Shown here piece after piece: positions 17,104-25,439 of a stretch of 47,801 bases of DNA. Source of the stretch: a virus (lineage: Duplodnaviria; Caudoviricetes). Position numbers and translations under genes: made by a program. The notes beneath the pieces are model-generated. The model did not search any database and was not told the origin of the DNA. It was given only the letters and a program-made list of their open reading frames with translations. How positions within the stretch are numbered: position 1 is the stretch's first letter; the number at the start of each line of letters is the position of its first letter. The stretch covers positions 1 to 47,801 of IMG/VR virus record IMGVR_UViG_3300020042_006160; one strand, 5' to 3'.

Positions 17104-18585
17104 ATGGCATCATTTACACCAGGCGCTTATGGCGTTCGTACCCAATGGAACTATGTTTCTACTTTGGGAGCTATTAGTGGAATATCTAACAGCGTACACA
17201 AACCGGAAATCGGAGAAATGCTTGTAAAGCGTTACGGTTCTCAGTTAATCACAGGTCTATTAGACATGGCGGGAGCTAAAACTCCAGTATCTTCATTGCA
17301 ATATGCGCACTATGAAGAAGATCGTATCATGCCTAAAATCAAAGCTACAAATACAGTAGCGGGTGGAGCTGGACAATTTGCGGATTTCGCTATTGTAACT
17401 GCTTCTGACTTGGTTTATGGTCAAGAGGCTCCTTACGGAGATACAGCAGGTGGAACAGCTTATGACACAGGCGCTGTACCAGTTCGTCTTAACGACTTAA
17501 TCATGATTAAACCAGTTTCAGGAACTGTATCTGCTTCTACTTACATTAGAGCAATCGTTACAACTGTAACTGTTTCTGCGACATCAGGTTCTTCAACATT
17601 TAGAGCAGTACCTTTAGATGTTAACGATACTATCCCTGCTCAAGCGTCTGCATCAGAAATTATCATTTATGGTAATGCTTTTGCTGAAGGTTCTGCATCT
17701 CCGGAAGGTCGTTCATCAGGTGTTTTAGATTATTCTAATAACCTACAAATTATGCGTGAATCATTCAAAATCACAGGTTCTGAAAAGGATGCTGTATTAT
17801 GGTTCAAAGTAAAAGACGCTTCAACTGGTAAAGAAGGTTACGTTTGGTCTTTAAAAGGAGAGTCTGATTGCTACGTTCGTGCGTTAAACTACCGCGAGTC
17901 TAACATGATGGTTTCTGAAAAAATCACTAACTGGGATAACATTGCTGCTGCATTAGGTAGCTACACTTCTACAGGTGGTCCAGTAAAAACAACTGAAGGT
18001 GTTATTCCTGCTGTATTAGGCGGTGGAACAATCACTAACTACTCAGGTGTTACTGGTTGGACAATTGCTGACGGTGAGGCATGGGTTATCGAAGCAGACA
18101 AACAAAAAGCTGCAAAAGAAAACTTTATGTGGGCTGGTATCAATTTATCATTAGCTGTTGATAAAGAATTACGTAATAACTTCCAAAATGGCGCAATCCG
18201 TTTCGGTGATTACTCTTTCGGAACTGACGCTTCTGCTAACTTCCAATTCGATTCATTCAAGTTAGGTAACTACACTTTCCACAAGAAGACTTACGATTTA
18301 TTCAACGACTTACAATTGTTAGGTGCTGATGGATACAACTATCGTAACGAAGGTATTATCATCCCTGCTGATACAGCTCGTGATGCTAAGACTGGTGATA
18401 AAGTTCCAAGTATGAGAATGCGTTACTTAGAAGGTCCAGATGGTTCAAACAGCCGCGATATGCGTCACGTTGTTCGTGATATGTTTGCAATCAATGGTTC
18501 TGATATGTTCGAGTGTGATTATATCTCTGAATCAGGATTAGAGATGTTCGGTATCAACCGTTACGGTTATATCAAACAAGCTTAA
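17104..18585 (+). CDS. Major capsid protein
   Basis: PEIGEMLVKRYGSQLITGLL...EEDR and YSNNLQIMRESFKITGS; strong codon bias; followed by a terminator. Confidence 0.88.
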   Translation: MASFTPGAYGVRTQWNYVSTLGAISGISNSVHKPEIGEMLVKRYGSQLITGLLDMAGAKTPVSSLQYAHYEEDRIMPKIKATNTVAGGAGQFADFAIVTASDLVYGQEAPYGDTAGGTAYDTGAVPVRLNDLIMIKPVSGTVSASTYIRAIVTTVTVSATSGSSTFRAVPLDVNDTIPAQASASEIIIYGNAFAEGSASPEGRSSGVLDYSNNLQIMRESFKITGSEKDAVLWFKVKDASTGKEGYVWSLKGESDCYVRALNYRESNMMVSEKITNWDNIAAALGSYTSTGGPVKTTEGVIPAVLGGGTITNYSGVTGWTIADGEAWVIEADKQKAAKENFMWAGINLSLAVDKELRNNFQNGAIRFGDYSFGTDASANFQFDSFKLGNYTFHKKTYDLFNDLQLLGADGYNYRNEGIIIPADTARDAKTGDKVPSMRMRYLEGPDGSNSRDMRHVVRDMFAINGSDMFECDYISESGLEMFGINRYGYIKQA

Positions 18586-18600
18586 TCTTACCAAAATACA

Positions 18601-18632
18601 GAAGGCGTGGTGTAAAATCCACGCCTTTTTTT
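18601..18632 (+). terminator. Intrinsic terminator after MCP
   Basis: AAGGCGTGG-tgtaaaat-CCACGCCTT followed by a T-run. Confidence 0.9.
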
Positions 18633-18664
18633 AACTTTAAATACAAATCTAAATTCAAATTAAA

Positions 18665-19672
18665 ATGTCAAAACAAACAAAACCAACACAGACAAGATTT
18701 GTGTCAGTAAACCCAAATAAACCAGGTTCATCAAACTACGCGATGAAGAAATGGTATGCTCCATCACAAAACATTCCAGTAATAGATGTTATTTTTGATG
18801 CAGCCACGGGAAAAACAAGAGAAATCAGATACATTCCTGGAGAAAAATCAATCTTTACAGACGAACAACACGTAAAAGACTTCCCTAAAAAACGTTCAGA
18901 AATCATAATGTATGATGGATGGAAAATAGTACAAGCTCAAGAAACTTTATTAAAAGAATATTTAGAGCGTTGTAATTTTAACCAAGGCAATCCAGAGAGA
19001 ATGCCAAACACAACAGTTATTTTCAAAGAGTTCAAACCGGAAGCGGATGCTCAAATTAACTTAGATAAAGAAGAGTTAGATGTAAAAGCAAGAGCAGCGG
19101 TTTTCAATATGAAATTTGAAGATATGTTGGTATTCGCAAAAGCAATCGGTCTAAATGTAGACAGAGACGCGGCGGAAATTAAACACGACTTATTACAACG
19201 CGCAAAAAAAGAGCCACAAAACTTCTTAAACGAATTATCGAGCAAGAACACAAAACGCAAGTGGGCAATCTTAGAAGCGGTTGATACAAATATTATTACG
19301 ATCAACAAAAAGAACTCAACAGTATCTTGGGCGGGCGGAAATATTATTTTCCAATCAGCATTAGGAGCAGACATTGTTGGTGATTTCGCGGAGTACACAC
19401 AGAATACAGAGGACGGTAAAACTATCTTTGAACGTATCCAACGCTTGTATGACAAGAGAAAAAATGACGAGGCGACTGATTTAAGCGAGGAGCAAATCCT
19501 TGAAAAATCTATAGAAGCTGGGATAATTACCAAAAAAGGTCAATGGCATTACTATAAGAATGAAAAACTTTCAGTAGGTGTTAATATGATTTATGCAAAA
19601 ATAAAAGAAGATGAAAGTTTTAAGACAGAGTTATTAGAAAAAATTTCTATCTTTGAACAACAAACTGTATAA
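18665..19672 (+). CDS. Head-associated protein with C-terminal RecA-CTD-like domain
   Basis: Post-MCP position; IEAGIITKKGQWHYYKNEKLSVG resembles the RecA C-terminal LIEKAGAWYSYKGEKIGQG. Confidence 0.6.
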   Translation: MSKQTKPTQTRFVSVNPNKPGSSNYAMKKWYAPSQNIPVIDVIFDAATGKTREIRYIPGEKSIFTDEQHVKDFPKKRSEIIMYDGWKIVQAQETLLKEYLERCNFNQGNPERMPNTTVIFKEFKPEADAQINLDKEELDVKARAAVFNMKFEDMLVFAKAIGLNVDRDAAEIKHDLLQRAKKEPQNFLNELSSKNTKRKWAILEAVDTNIITINKKNSTVSWAGGNIIFQSALGADIVGDFAEYTQNTEDGKTIFERIQRLYDKRKNDEATDLSEEQILEKSIEAGIITKKGQWHYYKNEKLSVGVNMIYAKIKEDESFKTELLEKISIFEQQTV

Positions 19673-19695
19673 GTAATTAGTTCATAAACTTAATG

Positions 19696-19727
19696 AAAGG
19701 CTACTCGGTTTAAGGGTAGCCTTTTTT
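19696..19727 (+). terminator. Intrinsic terminator
   Basis: AAAGGCTACTC-ggtttaa-GGGTAGCCTTT followed by a T-run. Confidence 0.85.
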
Positions 19728-19738
19728 AATATAAAAAG

Positions 19739-21565
19739 ATGGCAACAATAAATTTCGACGTAACCTTTGATTTCGCAGCAGAAGAGTTACAATTCTTGGA
19801 CACAACCGATTGGGCGGGACAAGGTATTACAAAACTAAATGTAAACGGTAGTTTTAATGTAGTTACGCCAAACGGCTTGACTTATTACAACCACACGAAC
19901 ACAGCGAATATAACAGGGACAGCGGCGGGCGGTTCTACAGCAAACATTACGTTAGCTGGCGGGTCGAGCGCGGTAGATGATTATTACAAAGACTTGTATA
20001 TTCTATTAACGGGCGGAACGGGAAGCGGTCAGTCTAAGAAAATAATATCATATAACGGAACAACAAAGGTTGCAATAGTAGAAAGTGCTTGGTCAGTTGT
20101 ACCAGTTGCCGCTTCAACTACCTACGCGTTAAACTTATCAAATATATTTATAGCTGGTAATTTAAACAACCAAGTTCCAATCCAAGTTCCATTAACGGCG
20201 GCAGGATTACCTTACAATGGGTCATATACTATAACCTATACTGTTTATGATAGCAATGCTGTAGATACATATACATTAGTAAAAACTTTTGAACTTTGCC
20301 ATACATCACCTACAGTTTCAATAACACAAACGGTAGATTGTATATCACCATTGTTCACATCAACAGACGCTACTGTTTATACGGTAGATAGCATAGCTCC
20401 AACAATATCAAGAACACATACTGTTTATTACCCAGCAGGAAGCGCGGGGATTGGTTCGCCAACAGTAGGGTCGGGAGCAACAATAACAACAAACGTATTT
20501 TACACAGGAAACCAATCAACACAAATAGCGTCTAACTTAACTTACGACTTAACTGACGGAGTTTATGTTTACGATGAAGTTAGTGGCGGGGCTACTGTAG
20601 ATGTAGACTGCGATAACAGAATGTGTGATATTTTCTGTTGCGTAATTACACTTTACAACAAGATGAATAGATATAAAGGTAAAAACGAAACCTTATATCA
20701 AGAATATTTAAGCGATTTCACTCAAGTTATGTCAATGGTTATTTTAGCCAGAGAAGCTTGGAATTGCGGAAAAGAAGACGCTGTAAATGCAATAGTAACA
20801 AACATATTAGATGTAGCTGATTGTGAAGTTGGTTGCGGATGTTCTGATGGTGAGCCAGTACAAGTTACAGGTTTAGGAGGAACGGTTGCTTTCACGGAAG
20901 TAACAAGCGGCGCTTATCCAATAGTAGTTACACCAACAACAGTTGGAAGTACTACTACTTATGTTTTAACATTAGACCCAGCATTTGTATCATCAGTACT
21001 TGCGTCAGGTATAACGGTTGTAGACTCAGCAAACGCCTACATAACAGTAGCTCCAGTAACGGTAGGAACCACGACAACATACACATTAACATTTGTACCA
21101 GGAGCATTAAGTGGTATAAAGGATGAATTAGCGTTTAAGGTTTTAATTGACTACCCTAATTATTTGGGAGCATTTACAACTATTGAAAACACGGAAATTC
21201 AGCCAGCTACAGGTAGTAACTTTTTACCACCAACATTTGCTCCAGCAGAACCAGCGGCAAACACTATCGCATTTACAAATGCCTTAGCGTTATTTAATGT
21301 AAGCGCGTTTATGACATCGGCAAATGATAACTACAAGGTTTTCACTTCGGTAGAACCAGTATCGTTTATTCAAGGTCCAGAAACCCAAACAAACCCAAAT
21401 CTTTTATCAAGAATGGAAGGATTGCTTTTGCCTCAAATAAACTACATACAGTCTGGTCAATTCCAAATTGGATTTTTCCCTAATAATGATGTGGGCGTGT
21501 TGTTGAACGCAAACTTTCAGAAAATAGGTTATAAATTTTACTTACACATATTAATTAAAAAATAA
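19739..21565 (+). CDS. Virion structural protein (beta-rich, central Cys-rich helical segment)
   Basis: Thr/Val-rich; CDNRMCDIFCC...WNCG...DCEVGCGC. Confidence 0.65.
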   Translation: MATINFDVTFDFAAEELQFLDTTDWAGQGITKLNVNGSFNVVTPNGLTYYNHTNTANITGTAAGGSTANITLAGGSSAVDDYYKDLYILLTGGTGSGQSKKIISYNGTTKVAIVESAWSVVPVAASTTYALNLSNIFIAGNLNNQVPIQVPLTAAGLPYNGSYTITYTVYDSNAVDTYTLVKTFELCHTSPTVSITQTVDCISPLFTSTDATVYTVDSIAPTISRTHTVYYPAGSAGIGSPTVGSGATITTNVFYTGNQSTQIASNLTYDLTDGVYVYDEVSGGATVDVDCDNRMCDIFCCVITLYNKMNRYKGKNETLYQEYLSDFTQVMSMVILAREAWNCGKEDAVNAIVTNILDVADCEVGCGCSDGEPVQVTGLGGTVAFTEVTSGAYPIVVTPTTVGSTTTYVLTLDPAFVSSVLASGITVVDSANAYITVAPVTVGTTTTYTLTFVPGALSGIKDELAFKVLIDYPNYLGAFTTIENTEIQPATGSNFLPPTFAPAEPAANTIAFTNALALFNVSAFMTSANDNYKVFTSVEPVSFIQGPETQTNPNLLSRMEGLLLPQINYIQSGQFQIGFFPNNDVGVLLNANFQKIGYKFYLHILIKK

Positions 21566-23343
21566 TGAACAATACGATAAAAGATTTAAGAAACGGGTTG
21601 GGTTATATATATGTCGTAGAGGCAGATGGCGCTACATTCGTAAATGTTTTACCAAACACGGCAGAAGGAGTACTTGCTGCCCAGAAAAAAGTTTATTTTT
21701 CAGCGCCATTAGCTGGTAATATAGCATCGGTAGGTAGGTTTTCACTTACAGGTGGCGCGGGAACCATTACAAGTATCACCGTAAATGGTGTAAACATATT
21801 GGGTTCTACAGCAACAGGAGCTTCATTAGCTTTATTAGCAGCAGACGCAGTTAGTAAAATAAACACATACATATCAGCACCAGACTACACAGCGGTAGTT
21901 AGTGGTGATGAAATAGTTATTCAAGCAGACCCAGCAGCGGGTAGTGGACCAAACAGTTATGTAGTTGCGGGAGCGATTACAGGAACGGTGACGTACACGG
22001 TAGAAAACATGAGTGGCGGTTGCGATACTCAAGGCTTGTATGACCCAACTTATGGTTTAAGAGCATTTTTAAATGCTGATTATGATGCTGATGGTTGTTC
22101 TGGACAAGGCACAGCTTCGGCGGTTGCTTTAACAAATGCAATAGAGGTTACAAAATATTTAGTAAACCGCGGATTTCAAACAAGCTTTATAACAGACACT
22201 CAAGTAATATCAAACGGTAGTATTGTAGTAGATAGAGAAAGCTCAATCACTATTTTATATGTAGACACAGAAGCTGCCGCCGCGTCTGACAACTTAGATT
22301 CAATATCTACGGATTCATTTAATGAAAACGACTTATTAATCATAAGAGGTGTTGCCGCTGGTAGGGTTGTTACTGCTACAGGTAGCGGTAATATAAACTT
22401 AGCTAATAGTGAGAATTTTTTAAGCGGAGACGAAACGAAAGTTTTAATGCTTAGATTAATAAGCGGAGCATGGTATGAAGAGTGCCGCGCACCATTTAAC
22501 GCAATATCTGTAGCTTATTTAAGAAGTTTAAATATTGCAACACCGGTTCAAGGAGTTGATACACAAGTTTTACCAACTAACGGAACAATTAGTTTCACGC
22601 CAGGAACTGACAAAGGATACCAAGAATTTACTGGTTCACCAGTTTTAGTAGGGTCAGTTGTAATAGATCACGCAGGAACACCACTTGACGGTGATTCGTT
22701 TACCGTAAAATATGTAGCTACTCCAACGACGGGAGTTAATACTGTAACAATTTTCGGTATAACACTAACTGATACTCAGGCTCAAGGTGGAAATGTAACT
22801 GTTTATGCTGTTTATGATTTAGCTAATACACAATGGGATTCAACATTAGTTGTTTCTCCAGTAGGTTTTGATTGGTTAACAACATCATCAACAGGCGGAG
22901 TTTTATATAGCGATTGTACGAATACAGGAACCGCTGCAAACCTTACAAATACTCTTTTAAAGAGTTTTACTATGGGGGCAGACCAGTTAGGAGTTAACGG
23001 AAGCGTAGCAAAAGTTAAAGCGTATTTTACGTTCGCCGCAAATGCAAATCTAAAAACGTGGTCTATTTTATTAGGTGCCAGCACGTTGACTGGTGATAGT
23101 GATAATTATAATGGAGAAGAACTTTCTGTAGAAGTAGAAATAAATAGAGTCTCTTCGACATCTCAGTTTTTAGTACAAACAATATTGTCTTCAGACACAA
23201 CGTTTAACTTGTCAAGAACAACAACTGCTGCTGAAAACTTAACTAACGCATTGACTATAGGCGTTTATGCTCAAAATGGAACGGCTACGGCAAACGATAC
23301 AATTTGCGAAAGATTAACTATTGAATATTTGCCTAAAATCTAA
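21565..23343 (+). CDS. Virion structural/tail-associated protein
   Basis: Multi-domain beta-rich protein; DTEAAAASDNLDSI module of tail-fibre type; TAATG coupling to the previous gene. Confidence 0.65.
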   Translation: MNNTIKDLRNGLGYIYVVEADGATFVNVLPNTAEGVLAAQKKVYFSAPLAGNIASVGRFSLTGGAGTITSITVNGVNILGSTATGASLALLAADAVSKINTYISAPDYTAVVSGDEIVIQADPAAGSGPNSYVVAGAITGTVTYTVENMSGGCDTQGLYDPTYGLRAFLNADYDADGCSGQGTASAVALTNAIEVTKYLVNRGFQTSFITDTQVISNGSIVVDRESSITILYVDTEAAAASDNLDSISTDSFNENDLLIIRGVAAGRVVTATGSGNINLANSENFLSGDETKVLMLRLISGAWYEECRAPFNAISVAYLRSLNIATPVQGVDTQVLPTNGTISFTPGTDKGYQEFTGSPVLVGSVVIDHAGTPLDGDSFTVKYVATPTTGVNTVTIFGITLTDTQAQGGNVTVYAVYDLANTQWDSTLVVSPVGFDWLTTSSTGGVLYSDCTNTGTAANLTNTLLKSFTMGADQLGVNGSVAKVKAYFTFAANANLKTWSILLGASTLTGDSDNYNGEELSVEVEINRVSSTSQFLVQTILSSDTTFNLSRTTTAAENLTNALTIGVYAQNGTATANDTICERLTIEYLPKI

Positions 23344-23348
23344 TTTAG

Positions 23349-24053
23349 ATGAACATTAACGAAGCGTATAAATTTGTACAATTCATAAGCAACAAGAATC
23401 AGCGAGGTAATATAAAGCCAGATGACTTTAACCTCGCCGCTTCTCGCGCTCAATATGATTTATTTATGCAGCGTTATGGAAACCCAGCTCAATATCAGTA
23501 TGGAGTTCCAAAGCCGCGTATTGGATGGCAAATGACACAAAAAATAACTGATGATTTAAAGAATTTCTTAACTCAAAAGTCATTTACTTTAACCAAAGGA
23601 CAATTGCCTTACCCTGATGATTACGTGCATTTGTCAAGCGCAAGAGGCTCGTATGTAAATGCGGCTGATTGTGGAGAAGACGCGGTAGTTGACGCTACAA
23701 ATGTAGACGTGGTAAATGATAACGAATTAGCTTATAGACTTTCGTCATTTATAGATAAGCCATCGAAAAAATATCCAATTATAGCTTTCTACGATGTAGG
23801 TATGCAAGTATATCCAATAGATATGCAAACCATTACCATAACATATTTGAGAGAGCCATTAAGTCCAAAATGGGCATATACAACAACTAATAACAATGCG
23901 GTTTATAACCCAACATTATCAGTTGACTTTGAAATGCCTAATGAAACTCACAATGAAATTTGTTACAGAATATTATCCTTCTTAGGTATAAACTTGAGAG
24001 ATGGAGAGTTGTCAAACTACGCTGAACAAATGAAAAAAACAGGAGGAGAATAG
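23349..24053 (+). CDS. Tail ring/tubular protein (head-tail adaptor type)
   Basis: NKNQRGNIKPDDFN, LPYPDDY, ITYLREP, FEMPNETHNEI; first of three ~200-250 aa ring-like genes before the muzzle gene. Confidence 0.7.
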   Translation: MNINEAYKFVQFISNKNQRGNIKPDDFNLAASRAQYDLFMQRYGNPAQYQYGVPKPRIGWQMTQKITDDLKNFLTQKSFTLTKGQLPYPDDYVHLSSARGSYVNAADCGEDAVVDATNVDVVNDNELAYRLSSFIDKPSKKYPIIAFYDVGMQVYPIDMQTITITYLREPLSPKWAYTTTNNNAVYNPTLSVDFEMPNETHNEICYRILSFLGINLRDGELSNYAEQMKKTGGE

Positions 24054-24680
24054 ATGCAAAAACTCGGTGTATTAGCAGAAGAGTGTTTAAAAATACTAAA
24101 CGGCGGTCAATTAACATCTGACATTCAAATTACGTTTAACCAAATGGTAATTGCTGTTGGCCAAGCGAGAGATAATAGAGCAAGAACGGTTTTTTGGGAA
24201 AACAAAAGATTAGGCGAGGGAGATATTGACGCTTCCTTTATTAAGGATTATGATAACGTAGTTGTTAGTTTAGACGACACAAAAAAATTATATTACTCTG
24301 AATTACCAGCTCAAGTATTAGGTATTGCAAATGATATGGGTGTTTACCAAATATTATGGCAAGAAGACCAATCAAGCGCTTTTACAAGAGTGCCTAATGG
24401 CTTTACTTCTTTAACAAGAGGATTAGCAGTAGCTAATATGCAAGGCAAACCAACATTTTTCAGAGAAGGAACGCGGGTTTATTATCCGAACCTAAAGAAA
24501 AAGAAAGGTGTAAAATCAGTCTTAATGAAACTATTGCCAAGCGCATCAAGTTTAACTGAAGATGATTTCTGCTATATGCCATCAGAGATGGAACAAGACG
24601 TTATACAAATGGTAGTTCAATTGTATAGCAACCAACAACAAGTTATGAACGACGTAGGAAACGACAATATTAAACGATGA
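24054..24680 (+). CDS. Tail ring protein
   Basis: Position, size and the C-terminal MPSEMEQDVIQMV motif, which parallels its neighbour. Confidence 0.6.
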   Translation: MQKLGVLAEECLKILNGGQLTSDIQITFNQMVIAVGQARDNRARTVFWENKRLGEGDIDASFIKDYDNVVVSLDDTKKLYYSELPAQVLGIANDMGVYQILWQEDQSSAFTRVPNGFTSLTRGLAVANMQGKPTFFREGTRVYYPNLKKKKGVKSVLMKLLPSASSLTEDDFCYMPSEMEQDVIQMVVQLYSNQQQVMNDVGNDNIKR

Positions 24681-25438
24681 ATACTTACACCTTAGACCAA
24701 GTTATACGTGAGTACCTATTTGAAATCGGAGAGAATACCGAGGCAAAATACGCTCGTTTCCTTCAATACGGAATAGCAACCCTTAGAGACTTACATTTAG
24801 ACGTATCGGGGGCAGTTAAAACCGTAATGTTAGATATAGATAGCACACTGGGAGTAGCCAACCTACCATCAGACTTTATACGACACATTAAAATAGGTGT
24901 TGTAGATGTTAACGGCCATTTCCACACATTAGCCGAAGATAGTTCATTAGTATCACCATACGAAGCTGACGATTGCGGAGATTTAACAACAACGCAAGGA
25001 ACAGCGACAGGTGTGGCTGGCTTTATATCGTCAGAATGGAATGCTGATAACTTTAGAAATGGAGAGTTTACAGGCAGGATGTTTGGTATAGGAGGTGGGC
25101 ATAATCGTTATGGATATTACAAGTTTGACTTAGCTAAAGGGTGGATAGTATTTAATGCTAACACAAGTTTATCTCAAGTTTGCCTTGAGTATTTAGGAGA
25201 TATGCAAACAGAAGCTTTTGACTACATAGTAAGCCCATTTATAACTGACGCTTTAAAATCTGGGATATACTTGCGAAGTATTCAGAGAGATAGAAATATG
25301 ACTCTTGGAGAAAAGCAATTTGCTACCAACACATATACAAAAGAAAAAGCGAAAGCAATTGCAAGATACAATAACTCTACATTAGACGAGTGGTATTTAG
25401 CATTGAGAAAATCATTCAGATTAGCACCTAAATTCTAA
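24677..25438 (+). CDS. Tail ring/tubular protein
   Basis: LPSDFIRHIKI and VCLEYLGD motifs; position. Confidence 0.65.
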   Translation: MNTYTLDQVIREYLFEIGENTEAKYARFLQYGIATLRDLHLDVSGAVKTVMLDIDSTLGVANLPSDFIRHIKIGVVDVNGHFHTLAEDSSLVSPYEADDCGDLTTTQGTATGVAGFISSEWNADNFRNGEFTGRMFGIGGGHNRYGYYKFDLAKGWIVFNANTSLSQVCLEYLGDMQTEAFDYIVSPFITDALKSGIYLRSIQRDRNMTLGEKQFATNTYTKEKAKAIARYNNSTLDEWYLALRKSFRLAPKF

Positions 25439-25439
25439 T

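Noticed and set aside
11534-18585. Introns or inteins in terminase, portal or MCP
   Set aside because: Frames are continuous and of ordinary length; no intein or homing-endonuclease motifs.
18665-19672. Calling this gene recA
   Set aside because: Size is similar, but there is no Walker A/B ATPase core; only the C-terminal domain resembles RecA.
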